A stretch of 64,000 nucleotides of DNA from an uncultured Solirubrobacteraceae bacterium (GTDB lineage: Bacteria; Actinomycetota; Thermoleophilia; Solirubrobacterales; Solirubrobacteraceae). This document shows, in pieces, positions 47,033-56,239 of the stretch. Position 1 is the first letter of the stretch. Each line of letters opens with the position of its first letter. The notes under the pieces were generated by a model. It saw only the letters and a list, made by a program, of their open reading frames with translations, made no database searches and was not told the origin of the DNA. The stretch spans positions 14,247 to 78,246 of the forward strand of contig CAWDNA010000002.1 of the NCBI GenBank assembly GCA_963803565.1, read 5' to 3'. The position numbers and the translations under genes are program-made.

Positions 47033-47683
47033 TCAGCTGGTGCTCCACACCTCCCCCACGCCGCCGAACCCGAGCGCCTGCTTGGTGGCTTCGGTGAGGT
47101 CGAATTCGCGCCCGGCGACGTACGGTCCGCGGTCGACGACGGGCACCCTGATCGTGTGCGCGCCGTAGCGGAGCGTGACGAGCGTGCCGCAGGGCAACGT
47201 CTTGTTGGCCACCCCGAGGGTGTTGCTCGTGAGCGTGCCGCCACAGGCCAGGGTGCCTCCGCCCCCGTACCAGGACGCGAGCGCCAGGCGATAGACGTTC
47301 AGGTGGCCGAGGCGGCGGCGGGTGGCGAGTTCTCCGGCGGCGCCGGCGAAGCGCAGCCGGACCCACTCGCTGCCGATCCGGCGCGGCAGGTAGCGGAGCC
47401 GAAAGCGGCCCTTGGCGCCGGTGCGCGTCTGTGCCAGCGTGCTCCAGCCGTGGCGGCCGAGCGCCTGAAGCGCGACCACGCGCCCTGGCAGGCCCGCCCG
47501 GCGAGGCACGAGCAGCGCTCCGGTGAAGGTCGCCTGATGACCTTCGAGAACGTTCAGTTCGGAGCCGCGCACGTTCAGCGCGGTCCGGATGGGTACGTCA
47601 TTTGTGGGTGAGGCAGTTGAGAAGATCCCGACCGGGGCCAGGGCCGTCGCAGGCTGCATGATCGCTGCAGGGGCGTACATCAA
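47033..47683 (-). CDS. RlpA-like DPBB lytic transglycosylase
   Basis: ASWYG, ANKTLPCGT, VVDRGPY..REFDL. Confidence 0.88.
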   Translation of the reverse strand: MMYAPAAIMQPATALAPVGIFSTASPTNDVPIRTALNVRGSELNVLEGHQATFTGALLVPRRAGLPGRVVALQALGRHGWSTLAQTRTGAKGRFRLRYLPRRIGSEWVRLRFAGAAGELATRRRLGHLNVYRLALASWYGGGGTLACGGTLTSNTLGVANKTLPCGTLVTLRYGAHTIRVPVVDRGPYVAGREFDLTEATKQALGFGGVGEVWSTS

Positions 47684-47701
47684 TGGAAACCTCCTTGTAA
47701 T

Positions 47702-47876
47702 TCGCCTGCGGGGTTAGCTGTCGGGCTCACGCCCGGCGGCGCACGCGAGAGTGCCGCGTGCCAGCCGGGCGTTACGGCCGCATCAGCGGCCGATTCGCCC
47801 CATCCGGACCGCCCTCGAGCGATCCGGCAGTGGTTCCCCCGCTCGCTCCCATCCACGGGAGCGACTCGGCGAGTCG
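47702..47876 (-). ncRNA. c-di-AMP riboswitch (ydaO/yuaA)
   Basis: Minus strand CGCCGAGUC..GGGGGAACCA..UGGGGCGAAUC..GUAA..GAGCCCGACAGCUAACCCCGCAGGCG directly before the AAGGAGG RBS of a cell-wall enzyme. Confidence 0.93.
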
Positions 47877-47915
47877 AACAATCGTTCGGATCCTAGAAGA
47901 TCGTCGCGGCCTATC

Positions 47916-47931
47916 TGTGACGGGCGTCACA
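47916..47931. promoter_or_regulatory. CRP-family binding site
   Basis: TGTGA-cgggcg-TCACA, exact consensus. Confidence 0.75.
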
Positions 47932-48113
47932 CAAGTCCGGGCGGCGCGGGCCCCGACCCCGGAAATCCGGCTTTTGCAGGGCTTTTCTTTAGAAATGTTT
48001 TAGCGCCATGGCGTCCGTGGGCGGTGATCGGACGGGTGCGGCGGGCCGCCCACCGTTGGTCGGGCCGGCGCGCTGAGTCGAGCGGGTGGGCAATGGCGCT
48101 ACGCTCCCCCTGG

Positions 48114-48398
48114 ATGGCTGAGGATCTTCGGCTCGTAACCACGGTCAGCAACGAAGCAGAGGCCCAGATGGTCGGCGAGTGGCTGTCCGAGGCGGGCATC
48201 CGCTCGCTGCCCCAGATGAGCAGCGGGAACATCCGGCTCGGCGCCGCCGCTCCACGCGACATCTACGTCGATGCGAAGGACTACGAGAAGGCGCTTGAAG
48301 TCGTAAACGCAGAGGTCCCGAGCGAGGACGAGCTGGCGGCCCTGAGCGAAGCGGCCGCGACCCAACCGCCAGCGCCCGATCAAGAGCGCCAAGACTAG
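48114..48398 (+). CDS. Small DUF2007-like (PII-fold) protein
   Basis: VTTVSNEAEAQMVGEWLSEAGI..DIYVDAKDYEKALE. Confidence 0.72.
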   Translation: MAEDLRLVTTVSNEAEAQMVGEWLSEAGIRSLPQMSSGNIRLGAAAPRDIYVDAKDYEKALEVVNAEVPSEDELAALSEAAATQPPAPDQERQD

Positions 48399-48527
48399 GC
48401 TCCTCGGCAGGTCGCGCAGAAGTGGCGAATGTGCAGCGACGCCGCGATCGCGCGGTGTACCCCAGGACCCATGGCGCGGCCGTTTCATCGAAGCCGTACG
48501 CAGCGATCGTCATCATCTTGGTCTCCG

Positions 48528-48728
48528 ATGCATCGTCACCGTCCCTCCGCCCGGCGGACGCCGATCTCCGCCTACGTGCTCGCGTTCATCCTGATCGTGT
48601 CTCTGGCGGGCGGGGTGGTGGGAACCATCGCGCTGATCGACGGCGGCGGCCCGGCTCCCGCTTGCTCTGCCGCTGAAACGCAGCGCGAATGCCAGGCTCG
48701 CAGAGGAGCCGAACGACAGCCACGCTAG
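48528..48728 (+). CDS. Small single-TM hypothetical protein
   Basis: One hydrophobic segment followed by a Cys pair. Confidence 0.4.
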   Translation: MHRHRPSARRTPISAYVLAFILIVSLAGGVVGTIALIDGGGPAPACSAAETQRECQARRGAERQPR

Positions 48729-48739
48729 GCTCCGTCGTC

Positions 48740-49303
48740 ATGGCCGAGGGAGACCAGCGGGAGCGGCCGTCTCAGGCGTTCATCTCGTTCTCGGGCTCGA
48801 TCCACGTAGGCGAGGCCGAATCGATAATCAACGCAGCGACCGGCGCGCTCGACGCGGGCGTCCACACGGCCGTGCTCTGTCTCGCCTCCTTTGGCGGCAA
48901 CTTCGCCCGCAGCCTGAGCCTGGGCAACATGCTGCGCGCCCTGCCCTTCCGCTTCGTCACGTTCAACGTGGGGATCACAGCCTCTGCCGCCAACGTGCTG
49001 TTCCTGTCCGGCGAAGAACGCTTCGCCGCTCGGCATGCGACCTTCGGCTTTCATCCCAGCTCGGTGACGCTGAACGGCGAGCTCGACCCGAACGAGCTCG
49101 AGGAACGCCGGGTGGCGCTCCTCGCCGATGACGAGCGCGAGGAGCGGATCATCGCCGAACGCACGAAGCTGACGAGGGCACAGGCGCGTGGCCTCGTTCG
49201 GCGCTCGGGGACGCTGACCGCGCGCGAAGCGCTCGACGCCGGCATCATCCAGGCGGTCAAGGAGCTCGAGATCCCCCCCGGAGCGCTCGTGCTGAGCGCC
49301 TAG
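48740..49303 (+). CDS. Divergent ClpP/crotonase-like protease
   Basis: SFGG, TASAANVLFLSG (Ser), FGFH (His), LTAREALDAGII. Confidence 0.8.
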   Translation: MAEGDQRERPSQAFISFSGSIHVGEAESIINAATGALDAGVHTAVLCLASFGGNFARSLSLGNMLRALPFRFVTFNVGITASAANVLFLSGEERFAARHATFGFHPSSVTLNGELDPNELEERRVALLADDEREERIIAERTKLTRAQARGLVRRSGTLTAREALDAGIIQAVKELEIPPGALVLSA

Positions 49304-50434
49304 TGTCCTGAGTCAGAAGTTTGTCTTGAGCTAGGGGTAGACTTGGTGGATGCCAAGTCCGATAGCTGTTGCGGTTTCTCTCAGCGATGAGGAGCGGGAT
49401 CGGTTGGAGTCGTGGGCGCGGCGGCGGTCGAGCGCTCAGGCGCTCGCGCTGCGCTCGCGGATCGTGTTGGCGGCGGCCGAGGGTCTGAAGAACACCGAGA
49501 TCGCGCGGCGGCTCGAGGTGCAACACGAAACCGTGCGCAAGTGGCGCTCTCGGTTTGCCAGGGGCGGGCTCGATGGGCTGTTGGATGAGCCGCGGGTGGG
49601 GCGTCCTCGCTCGATCGGCGATCAGAAGGTCGAGGAGGTGATCGTCAAGACCCTGGAGAGCACCCCCAAGGACGCGACGCACTGGTCGACGCGGTCGATG
49701 GCCGCCGAGGTGGGGCTCTCGCAGAGCGCCGTGTCGCGGATCTGGCGTGCGTTTGGGTTGCAGCCGCACCGCCAAGACACCTGGAAGCTCTCGCGCGATC
49801 CGCAGTTTGTGCAGAAGGTGCGCGACGTCGTCGGGCTCTACCTGGACCCGCCCGAGCGCGCGGTCGTGCTGTGCGTCGACGTGAAGTCGCAGATCCAGGC
49901 GCTCGACCGCACGGCGCCGATCCTGCCGATGCGTCCGGGCACGCCCGAGCGAGCAACCCACGACTACCGGCGCTCGGGCACGTCCAGCCTCTACGCCGCG
50001 TTGAACATCACGACCGGCAAGGTGATCGGCTCGCTGCACGCCCGCCATCGCGCGATCGAGTTCAAGAAGTTCCTTCAGACCCTGGATCGGGAAGTGCCCG
50101 ACGAGCTCGAGGTGCACCTCATCCTGGACAACGCCTCGACCCACAAGACGCCGGCGATCCAGCGCTGGCTGGTCGCTCACCCGCGGTTCGTCCTGCACTT
50201 CACCCCGACGTCGAGCTCATGGCTGAACCTCGTCGAGCGGTGGTTTGCAGAGCTCACCAACAAGAAGCTGCGCCGCGGGACGCATCGCTCCGTCCGCCAG
50301 CTCAATGCCGACATCACGGCCTGGATCGAAACCTGGAACGAGGACCCCAAACCCTTCGTCTGGACCAAGACCGCGGACCAGATCCTCGAGTCAATCGCTC
50401 GCTACTGCACACGAACTTCTGACTCAGGACACTA
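49301..50434 (+). mobile_element. Complete IS630-family insertion sequence
   Basis: Perfect 21-bp inverted ends TAGTGTCCTGAGTCAGAAGTT / AACTTCTGACTCAGGACACTA including the TA; CTAG at both junctions. Confidence 0.96.
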
Positions 50435-50435
50435 G
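49350..50435 (+). CDS. IS630 transposase
   Basis: HTH N-terminus, HWSTRSMA, LDNASTHK, SSSWLNLVERWF. Confidence 0.96.
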   Translation: MPSPIAVAVSLSDEERDRLESWARRRSSAQALALRSRIVLAAAEGLKNTEIARRLEVQHETVRKWRSRFARGGLDGLLDEPRVGRPRSIGDQKVEEVIVKTLESTPKDATHWSTRSMAAEVGLSQSAVSRIWRAFGLQPHRQDTWKLSRDPQFVQKVRDVVGLYLDPPERAVVLCVDVKSQIQALDRTAPILPMRPGTPERATHDYRRSGTSSLYAALNITTGKVIGSLHARHRAIEFKKFLQTLDREVPDELEVHLILDNASTHKTPAIQRWLVAHPRFVLHFTPTSSSWLNLVERWFAELTNKKLRRGTHRSVRQLNADITAWIETWNEDPKPFVWTKTADQILESIARYCTRTSDSGH

Positions 50436-50581
50436 CAGCCCGCCGCCAGCGGCGTCTGCGCTCCTCGCCGCAAACGCCCGCGCCGCGCCCGCGGCGAGGA
50501 GCGGGGCGCGGATGCCGCACCAGCACAGGGTTTTCGGGCGGTCGTTGACGTGGACGCCCGCAGGCGCGACAATCGGTGCGC

Positions 50582-52114
50582 ATGGCGAACCCTGACCGCC
50601 TGACGGCGCTTGACTCGACGTTCCTCCACCTCGAGGATCACTCGGCCGCACACATGCACGTGGCCTCCGTGATGGTCTTCGAGGGCGAGGCCCCCACACT
50701 GGAGGAATTCGTCGAGCACCTGCTCGACCGCCTGCACCTGGTGCCGCGCTACCGCCAGCGTCTTGCCTACGTCCCGCTCGGGCAGGGACGGCCGGTCTGG
50801 ACCGACGACCCGCACTTCAATCCCTACTACCACATCCGCCACACGGCCCTGCCGAAGCCGGCCGACGACGAGGCGCTCAAGCAGCTCGCCGGACGCGTCT
50901 TCTCGCAGCGGCTCGATCGCTCGAAGCCGCTCTGGGAGATGTGGCTCGTGCAGAGCCTCTCCGGAGGGCGCTTCGCACTGATCGCAAAGACCCACCACGC
51001 GCTCGTCGACGGGATCTCGGGCGTGGACATAACCACCGTCCTGTTCGACACCGCGCGCGAGCCGGCCGTCCCGCCCGCGCCGGCGACGCCGTGGAGCGCC
51101 AAGCCCCTGCCCGGGCCGGCCAAGCTGCTCGGCGAGGCGCTGCTCGAGCGCTCGACCGTCCCCAACGAGATGCTCCGTGGCGCGCGGGCTGTGATGCGAA
51201 CACCGCGCAGGGCGCTCTCCCAGGTCAAGGACGGGCTGGCCAACATCGGCGCGACGACGCTCGCCGGGATCAACGCCCCGGCGCCCCCGAGCCCGTTCAA
51301 CGTCGACATCGGCCCACATCGGCGCTACACGTTCCTCGATGCCGACCTCGCCGAGTTCAAAGCGATCAAGGACTCTCTCGGCGGCACCCTCAACGACGTC
51401 GTGCTCGCCTCGGTGAGCCTCGCCCTCGGTCGCTATCTGCGCAGGCAGGGCGAACACACCGAGGGCCTGGTCCTGAAGGCGATGGTGCCCGTGTCGGTGC
51501 GCACCAAGGAGCAACGCGGCGCGCTCGGCAACAAGGTCACCGCGATGTGGGCGCCGCTGCCCGTCGGTGTGGAGAACCCGGCCGACTGCCTGCGGCGGGT
51601 CGCCAAGTCGATGGAGGACCTCAAGCGCTCCGGGCAGGCCGTCGGGGCGCAGGTGCTCACCAACCTCGCCGGGTTCGCACCGCCGACGATCCTCTCTCAG
51701 GCCGCCCGGCTGCAGGCTCGCCAGCCCTTCTTCAACCTGGTGGTCACCAACGTCCCGGGGCCGCAGATCCCCCTCTACATGCTCGGACGGCGCCTGCTCG
51801 TCCTCTATCCGGTGGTGCCGCTCGCGCAGCGTCAGGCCCTCGGGATCGCGGTGATGAGCTACGACGGCCATCTCGGCTTCGGGCTCCTCGGCGACTACGA
51901 CGCGCTGCCCGAGCTCGAGACGATCGCGCAGGATCTGAAATGGGCGATCGCCTCACTCGCGCGGGCCGCCGGCGTGCGCACCCGCGCCACGCGCACTGCG
52001 CGCAAGGCCGCCGCCCCGCGGCGGGCCGCGGCGAGCGCAAGCAGCAACGGCTCTGCGAGCAGTCGACGCTCGACCGCCAAGGGCTCCTCCGGCAAGCCCG
52101 CCGCCCCCAGCTGA
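50582..52114 (+). CDS. Wax ester synthase/diacylglycerol acyltransferase
   Basis: HHALVDG, LDRSKPLWE, NLVVTNVPGP. Confidence 0.95.
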   Translation: MANPDRLTALDSTFLHLEDHSAAHMHVASVMVFEGEAPTLEEFVEHLLDRLHLVPRYRQRLAYVPLGQGRPVWTDDPHFNPYYHIRHTALPKPADDEALKQLAGRVFSQRLDRSKPLWEMWLVQSLSGGRFALIAKTHHALVDGISGVDITTVLFDTAREPAVPPAPATPWSAKPLPGPAKLLGEALLERSTVPNEMLRGARAVMRTPRRALSQVKDGLANIGATTLAGINAPAPPSPFNVDIGPHRRYTFLDADLAEFKAIKDSLGGTLNDVVLASVSLALGRYLRRQGEHTEGLVLKAMVPVSVRTKEQRGALGNKVTAMWAPLPVGVENPADCLRRVAKSMEDLKRSGQAVGAQVLTNLAGFAPPTILSQAARLQARQPFFNLVVTNVPGPQIPLYMLGRRLLVLYPVVPLAQRQALGIAVMSYDGHLGFGLLGDYDALPELETIAQDLKWAIASLARAAGVRTRATRTARKAAAPRRAAASASSNGSASSRRSTAKGSSGKPAAPS

Positions 52115-52124
52115 GGCTCGCGAC

Positions 52125-53042
52125 CTAGCGCGCCGCGCCTCGCCGAGCCGCGGTGAAGCGGTCGGCGAAGTCGAGGAAGGCGTCGACCAGCGGGTTCTGA
52201 CGGCTCTGATGCCCGACGAGCACGATGCTCGCCGGCGCGGCATCGCGCAGCGGGATCGCCACCACCCCGGCCGGAAGGCTCATGATCACGCGCGCCACCG
52301 AGGCCGGGACGGTCGTGATGGCGGAGCGCACCGCGAGCGAGGCGAGCACCTCGTGGGGGTTGGCCGCGCGATCCGCTGTGAGCCGCCCGGGTGGTCCGCC
52401 GCGATGATCGTCCAGGCTCCAGAAGCCGGCCCAGGCCGGCGAGATCGAGGGATGGAAGCCGACGAACGTCTCGTCCAGCACCTCGTCGACCGCGAGCTCG
52501 CCGCTCGCGCAGATCGGATGACGCTCCGCCGCGAGCACGACCCGCGGCTCGAAGCGGAGCGCGCGCGTCCAGATCTGGGGGTCGGCCGGCGGGGCGTGGC
52601 AGACCGCGACATCGACCTCCGCCAGCCACGCGCTCGTCGATAACGACGGAAACGGGAGCTCCCTGTAGCGAATGTCGATATCGGGGTGCTGCTCGGAGAA
52701 GGCTGCCAGCTGCCGGGGGCTGTCGAGGCCCGGCGGGGTACCCACGAACCCGAACTCGATCGTGCCGCGCGCGGCGCGCCCGAGCCACCTCGCGGTCTCC
52801 GCTGCATCGGTGTCCGAGGCGACCGCCCGCCGCGCCTTCTCGAGGAACGCCTCGCCGGCGGGTGTGAGCGTCACGCCACGGGGGTGGCGCTCGAGCAGCT
52901 GGAAGCCGAGCTCGCACTCGAGCTGAAGCATCGCCTGGGAGAGAGCCGGCTGGGCGATGTCGAGCTTCGCGGCCGCACGCGTGAGCTGGCCCTCGTCGGC
53001 AACCGTCACGAAATAGAACAGATGGCCGCGCTTAAACGGCAT
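52125..53042 (-). CDS. LysR-family regulator
   Basis: YFVTVADEGQLTRAAAKLDIAQPALSQ..LTPAG. Confidence 0.92.
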   Translation of the reverse strand: MPFKRGHLFYFVTVADEGQLTRAAAKLDIAQPALSQAMLQLECELGFQLLERHPRGVTLTPAGEAFLEKARRAVASDTDAAETARWLGRAARGTIEFGFVGTPPGLDSPRQLAAFSEQHPDIDIRYRELPFPSLSTSAWLAEVDVAVCHAPPADPQIWTRALRFEPRVVLAAERHPICASGELAVDEVLDETFVGFHPSISPAWAGFWSLDDHRGGPPGRLTADRAANPHEVLASLAVRSAITTVPASVARVIMSLPAGVVAIPLRDAAPASIVLVGHQSRQNPLVDAFLDFADRFTAARRGAAR

Positions 53043-53342
53043 TGAGCCCCCGCCGGCCGCAGCTGCCCGCCCAGTCGAGGCGACGACCATTGAGCGTGCA
53101 ACGCACGCGAGGCGCGAGATCGCGCAGATCCGTTGGCCAGTGGTGCGACATCCTCGCCTCAGTATCCCGCAGCGAAGCGGCGCCGGCAGGGAAACGGGAG
53201 CGGATGCCACGAGCGACGTGGATACGATCCGGCTGTGGCTCGCTCGGCGATGACAGCCCCGGCCCCAGAGGGGCGATGGCAGCTGATGAGGTCCGTGACG
53301 ACGGCGAGCAGCCCCGTCGCGCCGGTGGCGGTCTAGGGCCCG

Positions 53343-55106
53343 ATGCGACTGGCCCTCTGCCAGATGAACGCCACGGTCGGCGACATCGCCGGCAACGCGG
53401 ATCGCATCCGCGAGGGCGTCCGCGGCGCCCGCGGCGCGGGGGCCGACCTCGTGCTGTTCCCTGAGCTCGCCCTCACCGGCTACCCGCCCGAGGACCTCCT
53501 GCTGAAGGAGCATTTCCTGGCGGACGCCCGCACGGCGCTGCTCGAGCTCGCCGGCGAGATCCACGGGGTGGTCGCAGTCGTCGGCTTCCCCGAGCGCGCG
53601 GAGGACGTCTACAACGCCGCCGCCGTGCTCGCCGAGGGGTCGGTTCACGCGATCTACCGCAAGGTGTACCTGCCCAACTACGGCGTCTTCGACGAGCAGC
53701 GCTACTTTCAGGCCGCGGCCTGCGGCGCGGTGGTCGACATCGGCGGGCAACGGATCGGGCTGACCGTGTGCGAGGACATCTGGGAGCCCGGCCCGCCCGC
53801 CAGCGAGGAGGCCGTGGCGGGCGCGAGCTTGATCGTCAACATCTCCGCCTCGCCCTACCACGCCGGCAAGGGAGCCGAGCGCGAGCGGATGCTCGCCCAG
53901 CGTGCACGCGAGAACCTCGCGTGCGTGGCCTTCTGCGCGCTCGTCGGCGGCCAGGACGAGCTCGTCTTCGACGGGCACTCCTGCGTGGTCGACCACACCG
54001 GGCAGACGATCGCCCGGGCCGGTCAGTTTCGCGAGCAGCTGCTGGTGTGCGACGTGGACCTCGAGGCCGCCGCGGCCAGCCGGCTGCGCGACGCCAGCCA
54101 CCGGCCGGTCGCGCGGCGCTCCGAGCGCCGGGCGGAGGTCCTCGCGCCGCTGGCGGCCGGCGCGCATGCTGCGCGCTCCGGCGCCCTCGCCGCTGCGCTC
54201 GCCGAGCCGCTCGCGCCGGTCGAGGCCGAGGTCTACGTGGCGCTGACGCTCGGCCTGCGCGACTACGTCGAGAAGAACGGCTTTCAGCGGGTGGTGCTCG
54301 GCCTCTCGGGAGGGATCGACTCGGCCCTGGTGGCCTGTCTGGCGGTGGACGCGCTCGGCTCCGATCGGGTCAGCGTCGCGATCATGCCCTCCCCCTACTC
54401 CTCCCCCTCCACCCAGCAGGATGCCCGTGCCCTGGCCGCGGCGCTCGGGGCGCGCGTCCATGAGCTGCCGATCGAGTCCGCGATGGCCGCCTACGAAGAC
54501 GTCCTGCGCGGGGAGTTCGCGGGCTGCGCGCCGGACCTCACCGAGGAGAACCTGCAGGCTCGCATTCGCGGCAACCTGCTGATGGCGCTCTCCAACAAGT
54601 TCGGCTGGCTGGTTCTGGCCACCGGCAACAAGTCGGAGATGTCGGTCGGCTACACGACCCTCTACGGCGATCTCGCCGGCGGCTTCGCCGTCATCAAGGA
54701 CGTGCCCAAGACGCTCGTCTACCGGCTCTGCGAGTGGCGCAACGCCTCCGTCGAATCCCTGCCGGGCCTCGTCGGCCCCGATCGCGGCCCACCGCCTCAC
54801 AGCCCGATACCCGCCTCGATCATCGAGCGGGCGCCCTCGGCCGAGCTCCGGCACGAGCAGCGCGACGAGGACTCGCTGCCTCCGTACGAGCTGCTGGACC
54901 AGATTCTGCAGGGCTACGTCGAGCTCGACCAGAGTCGCGAGCAGCTGATCGCGCGGGGGCTGCCCGAGCGCGAGGTGGACCGCACGATCCGGCTTGTCGA
55001 TCTGGCCGAGTACAAGCGCCGCCAGGCGCCGCCCGGCATCAAGATCAGCACGCGCGCGTTCGGCCGGGATCGCCGTATGCCGATCACCAACCGCTACCGG
55101 GGCTAG
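53343..55106 (+). CDS. nadE: Glutamine-dependent NAD+ synthetase
   Basis: Nitrilase domain (FPEL, CEDIW) plus SGGIDS, ENLQARIR, GNKSE, EYKRRQAPPG. Confidence 0.97.
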   Translation: MRLALCQMNATVGDIAGNADRIREGVRGARGAGADLVLFPELALTGYPPEDLLLKEHFLADARTALLELAGEIHGVVAVVGFPERAEDVYNAAAVLAEGSVHAIYRKVYLPNYGVFDEQRYFQAAACGAVVDIGGQRIGLTVCEDIWEPGPPASEEAVAGASLIVNISASPYHAGKGAERERMLAQRARENLACVAFCALVGGQDELVFDGHSCVVDHTGQTIARAGQFREQLLVCDVDLEAAAASRLRDASHRPVARRSERRAEVLAPLAAGAHAARSGALAAALAEPLAPVEAEVYVALTLGLRDYVEKNGFQRVVLGLSGGIDSALVACLAVDALGSDRVSVAIMPSPYSSPSTQQDARALAAALGARVHELPIESAMAAYEDVLRGEFAGCAPDLTEENLQARIRGNLLMALSNKFGWLVLATGNKSEMSVGYTTLYGDLAGGFAVIKDVPKTLVYRLCEWRNASVESLPGLVGPDRGPPPHSPIPASIIERAPSAELRHEQRDEDSLPPYELLDQILQGYVELDQSREQLIARGLPEREVDRTIRLVDLAEYKRRQAPPGIKISTRAFGRDRRMPITNRYRG

Positions 55107-55146
55107 GCGCATCGCCGTGGCGGCTCGGTCCGTCTACGCTGCGGGC

Positions 55147-55710
55147 GTGCGTCTCGCCGCTGCCTCGCTCGCCGCGCTCTGCGCGCTCGCCTGCGCCGGC
55201 TGCGGGAACACGGTGCAGGACCAGCCGATCCCGCACAACATCCTCGAGAGCCTGATCGTGGCGCCGGTGCCCGTGTACTGGCTCGGAGGCTCCTTCCAGG
55301 GCCTCGCCGTGACCGAAGCCACGCACGACCCGGGCGGCGCGTACACGGTCCAGTACGGCGACTGCCTGGAAGGGGGCCAGGCGAGCTGCGTGCCGCCTCT
55401 GCGCGTGGTCACCTCGCCCGACAACAGCTTCCTGCCCGGCGGCTCGACGCCCCAGAGGACCGCCGATCTGCGCGGCGCCCGGGCCGTCGTGGCCGACGGC
55501 GGCAAGGCGATCGAGATCGCCACCGGGGGCGTCGTGGTGGGCATCTACGCCAAGGACCCCTCCCTGGCCGCGGCCGCCGCCCGCACGGCCGTCCCGATCA
55601 ACCAGGCCGGCGCGCCCGAAGCTGCGCTGCCGGCGCGCCTGCCCGACACGGGCTTCGCGGAGACGCCGCTGCCCTCGCAGGTGCCTTCCCCGGCGCGCTC
55701 GGTCCGCTAG
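55147..55710 (+). CDS. Hypothetical lipoprotein
   Basis: TACGCT-N6-GTG; lipobox CAGC. Confidence 0.7.
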   Translation: MRLAAASLAALCALACAGCGNTVQDQPIPHNILESLIVAPVPVYWLGGSFQGLAVTEATHDPGGAYTVQYGDCLEGGQASCVPPLRVVTSPDNSFLPGGSTPQRTADLRGARAVVADGGKAIEIATGGVVVGIYAKDPSLAAAAARTAVPINQAGAPEAALPARLPDTGFAETPLPSQVPSPARSVR

Positions 55711-56150
55711 CTGCCGTCGCGTGCCGGCTGCGCGTGAGCGTCCCGGCGGGGGCGCACGGCGATCGTCATGCGCGTGACCGCGCATGTCCTGCCGGCGTCG
55801 TCGCTGAAGCGCACATCCCACACCCAGGTGCTGCGCCCGCGGTGCAGACGCGAGGCGAGAGCATGGAGGACGCCCTCGGTGATCGGGCGCAGGAAGCTCG
55901 TGTAGTTGGACAGCCCCATCGCCATCTCACCCCGCTCCATGACGGCCAGCGCCGTGGCGAGCGAGGCCATCGACTCGGCCACCGCGGCGTACACGCCGCC
56001 GTGCAGCAGCCCGGCCGGCTGCTTGAGCTCGTCGCGCACCGTCACCCGGGCGCGCACCTCGGTGTCCGACCAGGCCAGCAGCTCGAGGCCGTAGAGACGG
56101 TCGAAACCGCGCTGCGCTCCGTTCAGCTGCTCGGCGCTCGGTGTGACCAT
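55707..56150 (-). CDS. PaaI-family thioesterase
   Basis: QPAGLLHGGVYAAVAE, TSFLRP. Confidence 0.9.
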   Translation of the reverse strand: MVTPSAEQLNGAQRGFDRLYGLELLAWSDTEVRARVTVRDELKQPAGLLHGGVYAAVAESMASLATALAVMERGEMAMGLSNYTSFLRPITEGVLHALASRLHRGRSTWVWDVRFSDDAGRTCAVTRMTIAVRPRRDAHAQPARDGS

Positions 56151-56239
56151 GCGGCGCCACGATAGCCTACGGTCGTTCGCCGCGGCCCCGCACGGCCTGA
56201 TCGCCGGCGGGCACCTATGGTGGCGAACCTCCACAGATC

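Noticed and set aside
48114-50434. Prophage or genomic island around the ClpP-like gene
   Set aside because: No integrase, terminase, capsid or att repeats; only an IS
53283-53312. Hammerhead ribozyme (CTGATGAG-GTC..GAC)
   Set aside because: No GAAA after stem II and no convincing stems I/III
52125-55112. 995-aa ORF as a giant LysR fusion
   Set aside because: Only 52125-53042 is LysR; the rest is antisense to nadE
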